From Candidatus Dojkabacteria bacterium (GTDB taxonomy: Bacteria; Patescibacteriota; Dojkabacteria; B142; OLB20): a stretch of 64,000 nucleotides of DNA. Shown one piece after another: positions 9,701 to 21,300 of this stretch; the first letter of the stretch is position 1; every line of letters begins with the position of its first letter. A program made the position numbers and the translations under genes. The stretch lies in the NCBI GenBank assembly GCA_046753765.1, contig JBHHUN010000001.1, forward strand, positions 12,141 to 76,140, in the 5' to 3' direction. Under the pieces are notes generated by a model. That model saw only the letters and a program-made list of their open reading frames with translations. It was not told where the DNA came from and made no database searches.

Positions 9701-11200
9701 ATGCCACAGGTTCTGTACCGCAAGTATAGATCACAGGATTTCTCGGAAGTTTACGGACAACAACAGGTTGTCAAGGTACTTAGGCAGGCTGTCAAAGACA
9801 GTTCTGTTGCACACGCGTACCTTTTTACCGGACCAAGGGGGACGGGGAAGACAAGCCTGGCTCGTATCCTTGCGAAAGCTGTAAACTGTCTTAGCTCCAA
9901 GAAGGGTGAACCCTGCAACAAGTGTGATAACTGCAATGCTATCAACGATAGCAGATTTTTGGACCTCGTAGAGATTGACGCAGCATCCAACAGGGGTATC
10001 GATGAGATTCGTGAGCTAAAAGAAAGGGTTGAATTCCTCCCGGCGGAAGGCAAGTTTAAGGTATACATCATAGATGAGGTGCATATGTTGACTCCTGAGG
10101 CATTCAACGCTCTCCTCAAGACATTGGAGGAGCCACCTGCAAAGGTTGTTTTTATTTTGGCAACAACAGAGGTACACAAGCTTCCCCTGACAATTATCTC
10201 ACGTACACAGAGGTTCGATTTCAGGCTGGCTAGTGATAATGACCTCAAATTAAAGCTTGAGAGGGTTCTTAAAGCTGAAAAGATTAAGTTTGAGGGGTCT
10301 GCGCTTGATCTGGTGATAGAGGCTGGACAGGGTAGCTTCAGGGACGCCGAGACCATTCTTGAGAAGGTTATTGCCAGCTACGGTTACCAAAAAGATGCAG
10401 AGATCAATAGGGATGACGTTGAGAAGGTGCTGGGTTATGCTGACACTCAACTTGTTAAGAAGATCTATGATGCTGTAATGGAGGGCAAGAGTAGCGTCAG
10501 TCTTAAACTTTTTCAAGAAGCTGAAAAGGGCGGTATTAATTTTGCGCAGCTTATTAGACAGCTGCTTGAGCTTGCCCGTCAAGACCTGCTAAGCAACATC
10601 AATGAAGGTGAGTCCGAATACGATCTAAAGAGGATTACAGCATTTATTAGTGAATTCTCTCAGGCAGCCTCCGAGCTGAAGTTTGCTCTTATCCCGGTAC
10701 TACCTTTAGAGGTAGCTGCAGTGAAGCTATCGGCGGAGCCTCACTCCGGTGGTGGGAGTGTGCCTATGCAACAGGGGCCTTCTCAACCTCCAAAAGCAGC
10801 AGAGACAAATGAATCGACTCTAAAATCTACTACAAAGAAGAAGAATAGACCGAATTCGTCAGGCAGTATTGTTGATATGGAGGAGTTGAGATCGAAATGG
10901 CGCGAGGTAATGAAGGGGGCCAAGAGTTTCAACCATCAGATGGTGAGTTTTTTGACAACTGCGATGGTGTCAGGGATAGAAGATAACGTGATCTATCTGC
11001 AGGTGCCGTTCGAATTTCACAAAAAGAGGCTCGAAGCTAAACGCAGTCAGGACGCTATGAAAGAGATAACAATGGGAATCTTTGGCGTTGAACTCGCAAT
11101 GCAGTGTAAAGTAGATAAGAAGCTGAACAAGCGAAAAGTCAAGAAGGGGAATGATTCAAACAGCGATTTAGTTGAATCGGTGTTTTCTGATATGATCTAG
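9701..11200 (+). CDS. dnaX: DNA polymerase III subunit gamma/tau
   Basis: LYRKYR, GPRGTGKT, Zn-binding Cys cluster, EIDAASNRGID, IIDEVHML and FNALLKTLEEPP motifs. Confidence 0.97.
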   Translation: MPQVLYRKYRSQDFSEVYGQQQVVKVLRQAVKDSSVAHAYLFTGPRGTGKTSLARILAKAVNCLSSKKGEPCNKCDNCNAINDSRFLDLVEIDAASNRGIDEIRELKERVEFLPAEGKFKVYIIDEVHMLTPEAFNALLKTLEEPPAKVVFILATTEVHKLPLTIISRTQRFDFRLASDNDLKLKLERVLKAEKIKFEGSALDLVIEAGQGSFRDAETILEKVIASYGYQKDAEINRDDVEKVLGYADTQLVKKIYDAVMEGKSSVSLKLFQEAEKGGINFAQLIRQLLELARQDLLSNINEGESEYDLKRITAFISEFSQAASELKFALIPVLPLEVAAVKLSAEPHSGGGSVPMQQGPSQPPKAAETNESTLKSTTKKKNRPNSSGSIVDMEELRSKWREVMKGAKSFNHQMVSFLTTAMVSGIEDNVIYLQVPFEFHKKRLEAKRSQDAMKEITMGIFGVELAMQCKVDKKLNKRKVKKGNDSNSDLVESVFSDMI

Positions 11201-11245
11201 GTAGTTTGAAACTCAAGTATCAATTTAATTATTAGATGAATAACA

Positions 11246-11551
11246 ATGGCAGGTGCATTTAATCAGATGAAAGACCTCTACAAGATGCAAAAAGAAGCGC
11301 GTCAGATGCAAAAAAAGATGAAGAAGGTTAGAGTTACTGGCATGTCAGACGATGAGCTGGTCCATGTCACTATTAATGGTACACAGGAGCTTGAGGAGGT
11401 TGAGGTTGATGATCAGCTACTTGATATCCATCGCAAAAAAGATCTTCTTCGCGGCTTTAAGCAGGCAATGAAAGACTCTCAGAAGCGGTTGCAGAAGGAG
11501 ATGATGAAAGATATGGATATGGACAAGCTCAAAGGCATGCTCGGAGGGTAA
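11246..11551 (+). CDS. ybaB: YbaB/EbfC nucleoid-associated protein
   Basis: 101 aa with the MQK..RQMQ...V.VTING pattern; dnaX-ybaB-recR synteny. Confidence 0.9.
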   Translation: MAGAFNQMKDLYKMQKEARQMQKKMKKVRVTGMSDDELVHVTINGTQELEEVEVDDQLLDIHRKKDLLRGFKQAMKDSQKRLQKEMMKDMDMDKLKGMLGG

Positions 11552-11554
11552 AAG

Positions 11555-12163
11555 ATGTCCAAACTACCGTCTTCGGTACAAAAACTGATCGAACATTTTG
11601 GTCGATTTCCGGGTGTTGGTCCCAAGTCAGCTGCAAGGATGGTCTTCTACTTATTAAACTCCCCGACAGATAGAACAGACGAGCTGGTTGGAGCGATTGA
11701 TGAGATGAAGTCTAGTATTGGGTTTTGTGAAATCTGCAACAATCTGGCAGAAAACGATGCTCACTGTTTGATCTGTTCCGATACCGAGCGTAGAGCTAAC
11801 CAATTGATGGTCGTTGAGGATGTTCTTGACCTTATCGCATTTGAAAGAACAGGTGATTACCTTGGTAAGTACCACGTCCTGGGCGGTGTAATATCACCGG
11901 TTCTTGGCATAGGTCCGGAGGACATCAACCTTACAGGTCTTTCCAAGAGGATTAATCTGCACAAGGGTGAGCTTGAGTTGATAATAGCAACGAATCCGAA
12001 TTTAGAGGGTGAGGCTACTGGTATGTATATAAAGGAAGAGCACAAAGACAAGGATGGAATCACTATAACCAGGATCGCCCGGGGTGTTCCGACAGGTGCC
12101 GACCTCGACTATGCTGATCGATTAACTCTCAAAAGAGCTCTTTCTGGGCGCACCTCACTTTAG
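11555..12163 (+). CDS. recR: Recombination mediator RecR
   Basis: PGVGPKSAAR HhH motif, C4 zinc finger, YHVLGG, ATNPNLEGEAT and TRIARGVP. Confidence 0.97.
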   Translation: MSKLPSSVQKLIEHFGRFPGVGPKSAARMVFYLLNSPTDRTDELVGAIDEMKSSIGFCEICNNLAENDAHCLICSDTERRANQLMVVEDVLDLIAFERTGDYLGKYHVLGGVISPVLGIGPEDINLTGLSKRINLHKGELELIIATNPNLEGEATGMYIKEEHKDKDGITITRIARGVPTGADLDYADRLTLKRALSGRTSL

Positions 12164-12317
12164 ACTCACGTGACAAGTATTCCCCCCATAGACGAAATGG
12201 GTATTATCCTGTAATAATACAGGTATGTAGTTTTCTGTGTTCACTAAACTCCGAGGATGTATTGTTATTTACTACACAATACTTCCAATTATATCTCTCG
12301 CGAGTTAGAATATCTGT

Positions 12318-13775
12318 ATGTTTAAATTCTACAATACGCTAAATAGAAAAAAGGAAAGTTTCACGGTGGAGCATGAGGGAAAAGTGTCAATGTACAACTG
12401 TGGGCCCACTGTATATTCCAGGCTTACAATTGGTAACTTACGAACTAATGTTTTTTCTGACTTACTTAGACGCTCATTAGAGTACGTTGGTTTCGAAGTG
12501 AAGCAGGTAATGAACATTACTGATGTTGGCCACCTGACTATGACCGATGAGCAGAAGAGAAAAAATGTTGATGCTGAGGTGACTGATACTGACGATGGTG
12601 TGGATCGCATGGAAAAGGCAGCGAAGAGAGACAATATGACAGTGTGGGAGGTCGCCAGCCACTACACAAAACTGTTCGTTGCGGATATGGATGAATTGAA
12701 CATTAAGCGACCACATGTGATGCCAAGGGCCACAGACCATATTGCCGAGCAGGTTACGATGATCAAGCAACTGATTGACAAAGGATATGCTTATGTTACG
12801 AAAACTGCGGTGTACTTTGATACCTCAAAATTCGCTGCTTACAGTCATCTTGCGGGACAAGACCTAAATGAGAAGCAGCAAGCTGTCCGCAATGATGTAG
12901 AACAAGATGAAACAAAAAGGCATCCTGCAGACTTTAGATTGTGGCAACTCAATAGGCCTGACCATGCGATGCAGTGGGATTCGCCCTGGGGGAAGGGTTT
13001 TCCTGGGTGGCACATTGAGTGTTCTGCTATGTCGCTCAGGTATCTGGGGCAACCCATAGATATTCATACGGGGGGAACAGACCATATCCCCGTGCATCAT
13101 ACAAACGAGATAGCCCAGTCAGAGGCGGCCACAGGCTCGAAATTCGTTAATTACTGGCTGCATGGAGCCTTTCTTACTGTTGATAACAAGCGCATGGGGA
13201 AAAGTCTCGGTAATGCATATACCCTTGCCGATGTTGAAGCAGAGGGTTTTGATCCACTTGACCTGAGGTATTTCTACCTGACTGCACACTACAGGCAGAT
13301 ATTAAATTTCACCTGGGAGGCGTTAGGTGCAGCAAGTGCAAGGCTCGTGAAGCTTGAAGGTGCTGTTGAGCAGTGGAGGCGTGAGAGTGGAGGCAGATCG
13401 GGGCAGATATTAAATGTATACAAAGATAAGTTCGTGGCTGCTATAAGTGATGATCTGAATATTCCAAAAGCTTTGGGAGTGGTTTCAGAGTTATTGGATG
13501 CAGATGAGAAAGCAGAAGACAGATTGGCTACATTGCTTGATTTTGATAAAGTTCTTGGGCTTGGGCTCTATAAGATCAATCTCTCAGAAGAGCAAAGAGA
13601 GGATATTGAGACTCTAGTCTCAGAAAGAAAAGATTTGCGCCATCAAAAGCAATGGAAAAAGGCCGATGCCATTCGTGACGAGTTGTTGACAAAGTATTCT
13701 GTGGAGCTTGATGATACAGATACTGGCACACAGTGGCGATGGGTACGCCCAAAAAGAAATAATAAAGAGTTATGA
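12318..13775 (+). CDS. cysS: Cysteine--tRNA ligase
   Basis: CGPTVY, NITDVGH, WDSPWGKGFPGWHIECS, HHTNE and RMGKSLGN motifs. Confidence 0.96.
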   Translation: MFKFYNTLNRKKESFTVEHEGKVSMYNCGPTVYSRLTIGNLRTNVFSDLLRRSLEYVGFEVKQVMNITDVGHLTMTDEQKRKNVDAEVTDTDDGVDRMEKAAKRDNMTVWEVASHYTKLFVADMDELNIKRPHVMPRATDHIAEQVTMIKQLIDKGYAYVTKTAVYFDTSKFAAYSHLAGQDLNEKQQAVRNDVEQDETKRHPADFRLWQLNRPDHAMQWDSPWGKGFPGWHIECSAMSLRYLGQPIDIHTGGTDHIPVHHTNEIAQSEAATGSKFVNYWLHGAFLTVDNKRMGKSLGNAYTLADVEAEGFDPLDLRYFYLTAHYRQILNFTWEALGAASARLVKLEGAVEQWRRESGGRSGQILNVYKDKFVAAISDDLNIPKALGVVSELLDADEKAEDRLATLLDFDKVLGLGLYKINLSEEQREDIETLVSERKDLRHQKQWKKADAIRDELLTKYSVELDDTDTGTQWRWVRPKRNNKEL

Positions 13776-15232
13776 TGTCTATTAGTAAAATCAAGGAGGA
13801 AATTCCGGACTACGTGTACAGGGTAGCAGATAAGCTTTTAGACAGTGGCTTTGAGGCCTTTCTTGCGGGCGGTGCCGTGAAGGATTTACTCCTTGGGAGA
13901 GAGCCGAAGGATTATGACCTCGCTACAGACGCGATTCCGAGGCAGGTAGAAAAGATCTTCCCGGGTTCAGTCGCAACAAACGCTAGGTTTGGAACGGTTC
14001 TGGTCATCATGGATGATAAGCAGGGAGAACGGTTTGATGTAGAGGTAACAACGTATCGCAAAGAAGAGGAATATGTTGGAGGAAGGTGGCCTTCAAAGGT
14101 GGAGTTCACTAGTGAGATCGAGCAGGACCTTTCAAGAAGGGACTTTACTATCAACGCAATGGCCTTGAATCTGGCAAGGATTAACTCTCCTAGTGTGACT
14201 ACCGAGGAGTTGCTTATTGATCCATTTGGAGGTCAGGATGATCTCATTAAAGCTAAGCGGTTACGGGCGGTCAGGGATCCCTTAGAACGCTTTTCTGAAG
14301 ATGGACTGAGAGGATATAGAGCATGTAGATTGGCTGCTGAGCTTGGGTTTGAGATTGATTCCAATACTTTTGGAGCCATAAGCTCAACACTTCATATTGC
14401 CAGAAAGATATCTATTGAAAGGGTGCGAGATGAGCTGATCAAGCTTCTGCAGTACGCACCAAAGCCTTCGGTTGGTATCGAACTCATGCGTGAATCTGGA
14501 TTACTTGAGCTATTTTTGCCCGAACTGTTGGAGTTGAGAGGGATTGAGCAACCTGAATGGCACGTTGAAGATGTCTATAACCACAGTTTGAATACCCTTG
14601 ATATGGCTGAGGATTCTATTAAATTGGCTTCTTTACTTCATGATGTAGGGAAGGGGCGTACCAGGTCTGAGGATGAGAAGGGTGTTCACTTTTTCAGTCA
14701 TGACGTTGTGGGTGCTGAGATGACGCGAGAGATCCTCACAAGACTGAGATTTCCGAAAAGGGTTGTTGAAAAGACTGCTTCGTTGGTTCGCTGGCACATG
14801 TTTTATTATCCTTCTGCCGATTGGCGTAAAGATAATGAGGTCGATAATTCTTTGCTCAAGTCTTCCGGAGGGTGGACTGATGGTGCAATAAGAAGGTTTA
14901 TCAAAAATGTTGGTGTAGAGCTTATTGAGGACCTGTTTCGACTTAGGATAGCCGACGCAGCATCAAATCCAAAATCAGTTTTTAACCCTTTGGAAATCCA
15001 GGCCCTAGAAAACAGAATATCAGAGGTTAGGGCAAAAGAGATGGTGTTAAAAATATCTGATCTTGATATCTCGGGGGAAGACCTTAAGGGTTTGGGGATA
15101 AAGTCTGGTCCGGTGATGGGAAATATATTGAACCAATTACTGGATCGCGTTATAGATGAACCGTTCTTAAATGAGCGCGGAAAACTGCTTGATATTGTAA
15201 CTGAGTTACGTAAAGGAATTGACACTGAGTAA
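13772..15232 (+). CDS. cca: CCA-adding/polyA polymerase family tRNA nucleotidyltransferase with HD domain
   Basis: GGAVKDLLLG..KDYD, DLSRRDFTINAMA, RFSEDGLR and LLHDVGK motifs. Confidence 0.88.
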   Translation: MMSISKIKEEIPDYVYRVADKLLDSGFEAFLAGGAVKDLLLGREPKDYDLATDAIPRQVEKIFPGSVATNARFGTVLVIMDDKQGERFDVEVTTYRKEEEYVGGRWPSKVEFTSEIEQDLSRRDFTINAMALNLARINSPSVTTEELLIDPFGGQDDLIKAKRLRAVRDPLERFSEDGLRGYRACRLAAELGFEIDSNTFGAISSTLHIARKISIERVRDELIKLLQYAPKPSVGIELMRESGLLELFLPELLELRGIEQPEWHVEDVYNHSLNTLDMAEDSIKLASLLHDVGKGRTRSEDEKGVHFFSHDVVGAEMTREILTRLRFPKRVVEKTASLVRWHMFYYPSADWRKDNEVDNSLLKSSGGWTDGAIRRFIKNVGVELIEDLFRLRIADAASNPKSVFNPLEIQALENRISEVRAKEMVLKISDLDISGEDLKGLGIKSGPVMGNILNQLLDRVIDEPFLNERGKLLDIVTELRKGIDTE

Positions 15233-15402
15233 ATATGTTGATTAGAGAAAGGTCTACATGAACTTCAAATGTTTGCGCAATATCAGAATCGAGAAAATCG
15301 GAAACGTATCATTAGAAATGTTACTAATATCGTTAATCTGCTGTAGGCTGGACTTTCAGCAATTGAGTATCGTTACTTTTTAAATATCATTGGGGAACAT
15401 TT

Positions 15403-16848
15403 ATGAAGATTACATTTTTAGGAGCTGCTCGGACTGTAACAGGCTCGTCGTATCTGATTGAGACTGGAAAGACTAAATTTCTCGTTGATGGTGGTATGTT
15501 TCAAGGTCGGGATGTCGAGCTGAGAAACCTTGAGCCACTTATATATGACCCCAGGAAGATCGACTTCATCATAGTCACACATGCACACATGGACCATACC
15601 GGTTTACTCCCCAGGATTGTTAAGGAGGGATTCCGTGGTGACATATATATGACGCCTCCTACAGCAGCTCTCAGCGAGATTTTACTTATTGACGCAGCTA
15701 AAATTCAAGAGAACAACGCAAAAAGTAACCAATTGAATGAAAAGTACAGTGAGGCAATGCCATATAAAGTAAATGTTGCCCTGTACACCACTCAAGATTC
15801 GGTGGATACGATTAATATGATGAAGTCAGTGGATTTCGACGTAGAAACAAAGATAGGCAACAATATCAGTTTTACCTACTTAAGGGCAGGACACATTTTA
15901 GGCGCAGCCAGTGTCAAACTAAATGTCGAAGGTAAAACATTGGTATTCTCGGGTGATCTTGGAAGAAATGAACAGTCTATTGTGAAAAAAGCAGAACTTC
16001 CTGAAAACATTCATGCTGATGTTATAGTTATGGAGTCTTTATATGGGGGCGTAGAACATCCTCTTCGGAAGAAGAGCATAAAATCACTGCTCAGAACTAT
16101 TAATACAACGCTCAACCGTGATGGTAATGTTATTATTCCATGCTTCGCGTTGCATAGAACTCAGGAGATATTAGAAATCTTGAAATATGCTTACGAAAAG
16201 GGCTCGGTGGACCAAACTGTACAAGTATTCCTTGATAGTCCCTTAGCAATTGCTGCCACGAAGATATACACACAGCATAGTGGTTACTTTAATTCCGGCA
16301 CTGATTACATCGAAAATGACCACGGATTGAGTCAGATTACTCCAAAAGTACATAAAAACGGAGGTGATCGCGGCGTTAATAGGTTTGATTTCGAACAACT
16401 TCAAATTGTCAAGCATCACAGGCAATCGCTTAAGCTTCTAAAAAGGAAAAAATCTATAATCATTGCAGGTAGTGGGATGGCTGAGGGCGGGAGGATACTA
16501 CACCATATAGCAGCAAATGCCCCCTCGCCAGATAGTTCAATCGTATTTGTTGGCTATCAAGCTGAAGGAACACTGGGCCGCAAGATAGTGGATGGTGCTA
16601 AGACGGTTAGAATTAATAAGAGGAAAAAAAGGATCAATGCAACAGTGAAGTATATTAGAGGGTTCTCAGCACACGCTGACAACAGTGACCTTTTGGAATG
16701 GCTTGGCAACATAAAAATTAGTAAGGAAGCGAAGATCTATCTCGTGCATGCTGAGCCCGAGAGAAGTGAGGATCTGAAGGACCAACTTCTTGCAACAGGA
16801 ATCAGAACGGCTATTCCAGACTGGAAGGAAACAGTGATCATCAAGTAA
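15403..16848 (+). CDS. Metallo-beta-lactamase/beta-CASP RNA-metabolising nuclease
   Basis: GAARTVTGS, THAHMDHTG, AGHILG, FSGDLG, MESLYG, GYQAEGTLG, FSAHAD and LVHAE motifs. Confidence 0.92.
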   Translation: MKITFLGAARTVTGSSYLIETGKTKFLVDGGMFQGRDVELRNLEPLIYDPRKIDFIIVTHAHMDHTGLLPRIVKEGFRGDIYMTPPTAALSEILLIDAAKIQENNAKSNQLNEKYSEAMPYKVNVALYTTQDSVDTINMMKSVDFDVETKIGNNISFTYLRAGHILGAASVKLNVEGKTLVFSGDLGRNEQSIVKKAELPENIHADVIVMESLYGGVEHPLRKKSIKSLLRTINTTLNRDGNVIIPCFALHRTQEILEILKYAYEKGSVDQTVQVFLDSPLAIAATKIYTQHSGYFNSGTDYIENDHGLSQITPKVHKNGGDRGVNRFDFEQLQIVKHHRQSLKLLKRKKSIIIAGSGMAEGGRILHHIAANAPSPDSSIVFVGYQAEGTLGRKIVDGAKTVRINKRKKRINATVKYIRGFSAHADNSDLLEWLGNIKISKEAKIYLVHAEPERSEDLKDQLLATGIRTAIPDWKETVIIK

Positions 16849-17000
16849 GAAAATTGAAAACGCTCTGAGTGCCGATTTAACCCCTGTGCATTATTGAAAT
16901 AGTGATTTCGTACGAGACTATTGCTACATACTTCGGAAATGAATTATGTATTCCTAAAGCAAGTGAGAGCGACATTGAGTTATTAAGTTCGGCGGAATAA

Positions 17001-17008
17001 GGTATAAT
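17001..17008 (+). promoter_or_regulatory. -10 element upstream of ychF
   Basis: GGTATAAT about 28 nt before the ATG; no canonically spaced -35. Confidence 0.4.
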
Positions 17009-17035
17009 AACCAGTACACTTTAATATCAATTCCA

Positions 17036-18127
17036 ATGGGACTTTCGCTTGGCATAGTAGGTATGCCGAATGTAGGCAAGTCGACTCTATTCAACTCGTT
17101 GACGAGCAATGAGATACCTGCAGAGAACTATCCTTTCTGCACAATTGATCCAAATGTTGGCGTCGTGGAGGTTGCAGACGAAAGGATTGCTAAACTCGCG
17201 AAAATCGTCAACTCGAGCAAACAAGTTAATGCGGTGATAGAATACTATGATATCGCCGGTTTGGTGAGGGGTGCCCATAGGGGTGAGGGGCTTGGCAATG
17301 AATTTCTAGGTCACATTCGGATAACAGATGCTATTGTCCATGTTTTGCGTGACTTTGTGTCTGATGATGTTGCACACGTAGAGAAACGTATTGATCCCAG
17401 AGAAGACCGAGAAATCATTGAGACTGAGTTGATTCTTAAAGATATAGCTACAATTGAAAAGAAAATTGAGTCTCTCAACCGAGAGGTCAGAAAAGATAAA
17501 AAGTTAATACCTTTCTTGGACCATCTACAGGAACTAATGTCTGCTTTGAGTGAGGGGGAATTAGCGAGAAGTGTAAACACCCACGGGGACGGCGTTATTG
17601 CGAATAGGCAGCAGTTGTTCTTATTGACTGATAAACCAGTAATCTTTGTTATTAATGGTGACTGGGAAAATATTACAACCGAGCTTGGCAGACAGTTAAG
17701 AGAAAAAATAGGAATTGAAGATGAGTATCCAGTTCTTCCGTTAAATATCAAAATTGAGGCTGAACTTGCTCAGCTTAATGATGCTGAACGTGAAGAGTTT
17801 AAGCAAGAGTTAGGCTTGAAGTACTCTGGTCTGGAGCAATTAACACGAGAAAGTTACAAGCTTCTAAATCTGATGACATTTTTCACTGCAGGTCAACAAG
17901 AGACTCGAGCATGGACGGTTAAAAATAATTCAACTGCACCCGAAGCTGCTGGTGTAATTCATACTGATTTCCAGAAAAATTTTATTGCTGCAGAGGTCTT
18001 GTCCTATAGCGATTTTGTTGAGTATGGTGGATGGTTGGGTGCGCGTGAACACGGAAAGGTTCGTTTGGAAGGCAGAGGATATGTTGTAAGAGAAGGTGAT
18101 GTAATGAATTTTAGACACGGCGCCTGA
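17036..18127 (+). CDS. ychF: Redox-regulated ATPase YchF
   Basis: GMPNVGKST, NYPFCTIDPN, DIAGLVRGA, GLGNEFL and the C-terminal AAGVIHTDF motif. Confidence 0.96.
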   Translation: MGLSLGIVGMPNVGKSTLFNSLTSNEIPAENYPFCTIDPNVGVVEVADERIAKLAKIVNSSKQVNAVIEYYDIAGLVRGAHRGEGLGNEFLGHIRITDAIVHVLRDFVSDDVAHVEKRIDPREDREIIETELILKDIATIEKKIESLNREVRKDKKLIPFLDHLQELMSALSEGELARSVNTHGDGVIANRQQLFLLTDKPVIFVINGDWENITTELGRQLREKIGIEDEYPVLPLNIKIEAELAQLNDAEREEFKQELGLKYSGLEQLTRESYKLLNLMTFFTAGQQETRAWTVKNNSTAPEAAGVIHTDFQKNFIAAEVLSYSDFVEYGGWLGAREHGKVRLEGRGYVVREGDVMNFRHGA

Positions 18128-18303
18128 TTTGCTAAAAAGCCTGCAAAAACACAACATTTATCTTGAGAGCGTAAGTGAAATTGATTAATATGTAGTGAGG
18201 GTCGACCTCCTATTGTTTCTGTGCCTGAAAATTTTCTTTATTTTTGAAAATAAACACAGAATTGTTTGTGAATAATTTGCCAATACATGATCGGTAACTG
18301 CCC

Positions 18304-21300
18304 TTGCACACTGTCTTTCGTATATCAAAATTGAAACGCTTTTGTAGTCAAGATTTTGTACACTGGCTGGAAACCAGTAAAGGGTTTGTATTTTTTCTTG
18401 TTTTCATCATTTCAGTATCCCCCTGGTTGTATCTTTTTGTTAATCCCCAATCTGTTTCCGCGGATGAATGGTTTAGTGACTCCTGGGCATACAGAAAGGC
18501 AATAGATATTTCTGGCAACGCATCTGATTTGACCGACATTCAGTTTCAGGTAACCGGGGTCGATACCCAGGCGCTGTTCAACAGTGGCAAAGTGCAAAGT
18601 TGGTGCGAGGATATCCGTTTCACTAACCGCAATGGTCAACTTCTCGACTACTGGATTGAAGATGACGGCACTGACTGTGACGCCGACACTAGTACAGATT
18701 TCTGGGTTAAGCTGGACAGGGCTGAATCAGAAGGGACAAGGATTTTTATGTACTACGGCAATCCACTTGCAAGAGCCTACCAGTCAGGAAGCAGAACTTT
18801 TGATTTCTTCTCAAGTTTTGACGAATGGTATGACGAGGACTGGAAATTCAGAATAAGGCTTACCATTGACCATACGAAAGTTGAAGAAACAGTAGAGGAC
18901 TTTCCTGTTTATGTTGACCTGTCTGATCTCCCCGCTTCGTTTTTTAGTAATGTCCAAAGCGATGGTAGTGACATAGTAGTCACGAGGGTCGAGGATGCAG
19001 CGAAGCTATCAAGAGAGGTTGTCGCGATTAATACCGGCGGAAGTACCGGTGAACTTTGGTTTAGCGCCCCAAAACTATATACGCAGACAGATACCAGTTT
19101 CTACATCTACTATGGTAACGCTTCTGCAACAGAAACAAACAATTCCGGTACTTGGAATTCAAACTATGATCTGGTTTTTCATATGAATGAAGATCCTTCT
19201 GTTAGTACAGATGGAGATTGTGGTGGGGGGACTGATGAGGTGTGCGACTCCACTGTCAATAATAATGATGCGGATTCAAATGGCGGTATGACCACTGGTG
19301 ATCTTGTGGGTGGGCAGTTAGGGAGTGGAATCGATTTCGATGGTGGGGACGATTATTTGTCGATGAATGATGAATCTTCATCTGCCTTCACATATTCAGC
19401 TTGGTATAAGACTATAAATGAAACTGGAACTAAAATGATCCTGCAGACCAGTAACGGTCATTTACGCCTGCAGAATAATAATCATTTATTTAGTAATTTC
19501 GATAGCAGGAATGGGACAGGAAGTACTCACGAGGCTGCGATTTTAGGAAATGCAACTCAAGATATCTGGCATCATATAGCTATGTCAGTCACGTCCGGAC
19601 ATGTTGTCCAGGTTGTTCATGACGGTACTTCAATCTATAATACAACTCCTCCAACAGGATCTTCAACCTCAAACTATGCAAATGGGAAGGTAGGTGTTCG
19701 ATACCGAACTGCCCCCTCGGCAAATTTCTACGATTATTTTGAAGGGGTTCTTGATGAAGTACGAGTTGTTAATACAAACTTAGGATCAAATTGGATAAGC
19801 ACAGAGTACAACAACCAGAGCAGCCCAGGTACTTTCTACGGAATCAGCTCACAAGAAAGGAATGTACCTGTCTTTAGTAGTCCTGACTCCTGGTACAACG
19901 AAGCGTGGGCCAAGAGAGTTAAAGTTACTGTAAATAACTCAAAAGTAGATGAGGACGTAACAGGATTTCCGGTGTATCTGGATCTATCTCTTCTGGGAAC
20001 GAGTTTCTGGAACAATGTTGATGCGCAGGGCGACGATATTGTGGTAACTTCCGGTGACGGTGCCACAAAACTAGCACGGGAATTGGTTACAATTGATACA
20101 TCCGGAAAGACAGGAGAGCTGTGGTTTAACTCTGACCTCTCGAGCACGGTTGATACGGATGTTTACATCTATTATGGAAACGCTTCCGCAACTGAAACCA
20201 ACGATACATCAACTTGGAACAGTAACTTCCAGACAGTACACCATCTCGAAGAAGACCCCGGCGGCGTAGCACCACAGATGTCAGATAGTACATCAAATGG
20301 TTACAATGGTACTGCTAATGGTGGGATGACTAATGCCGACCAGGTTGCCGGCAAGATTGGGAACGCTTCTGACTTAGATGGTAACGATTTCTTTGCTACC
20401 ACCTATCAACCATCGGGCCAGACGGAGGTAAGTTTTTCTGCGTGGGTAAATCTGAGCACGAGCGGTATTGTATTTATAAATGGTTTCAATAGTGTCACAG
20501 ACGCATTTTACTTCTACCTGAGGGACTCTGACAATCTCCTTGGATGGGGTGTTGAAGGCGCAAATTTACAGGACCTCACCCAGACGTATGCACAGAGCGA
20601 GTGGCTATATGTCGTAGGAACATTTCAAAGTGGAACCACAAGTGGGAAGAAGATCTATTTAAACGGACAATTAGTAACATCTGCAACACAGACGGCAACG
20701 ATTACAGCCGCAACTGATTATGATATTGGTCAAAGATTCTCCGGAAACACTCTGACAGGAATGATGGATGAGACGAGGGTTGTAAACGCTGTCTTAAGCG
20801 GGAACTGGATATCAACCGAATATAGCAATCAAAATTCCCCATCAACCTTTTTTACGATTGGAAGTTCGGAGAGCAACTCTGCACCCCAGGCCAGTTGGTA
20901 CAACGGTGACTGGCAGTACAGGCAAAGGATAAGTATCCGGAACAGCCAGGTAGATACAGACCTTACAGACTTTCCTGTATATGTGGATCTCTCAAATATG
21001 GGTAGTGACTTCTTCCGGGAAGTTAAAAGTGACGGAAGTGATATTGTTGTGACCAGCTCTGATGGGTTTACTAAGCTGTCAAGGGAACTGGTGGCTATAG
21101 ATACCAGTGGAAGCACAGGCGAGCTGTGGTTTAAGGCGCCAAACCTTTATGATGCGTCAAACACCAGTTTTTATATCTACTTCGGGAATTCTTCCGCCGC
21201 AGAGATAAACTCTACTTCAACCTGGAAGTCAGATTACAAAGGGATATGGCATTTAGAAGGCGTATTCACTGATTCCACAACGAATGCCAACAATGGGACT

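Noticed and set aside
10740-10880. Programmed frameshift producing DnaX gamma
   Set aside because: No A AAA AAG heptamer or long A-run in the linker.
12164-12317. T-box riboswitch upstream of cysS
   Set aside because: The spacer is short and lacks the GGTGGNACC T-box sequence and a terminator.
16975-17008. Novel 22-bp-spacer promoter class (also seen at 53810-53843)
   Set aside because: Only two weak TTG matches; other promoters in the window have 17-18 nt spacers, so this is probably chance.
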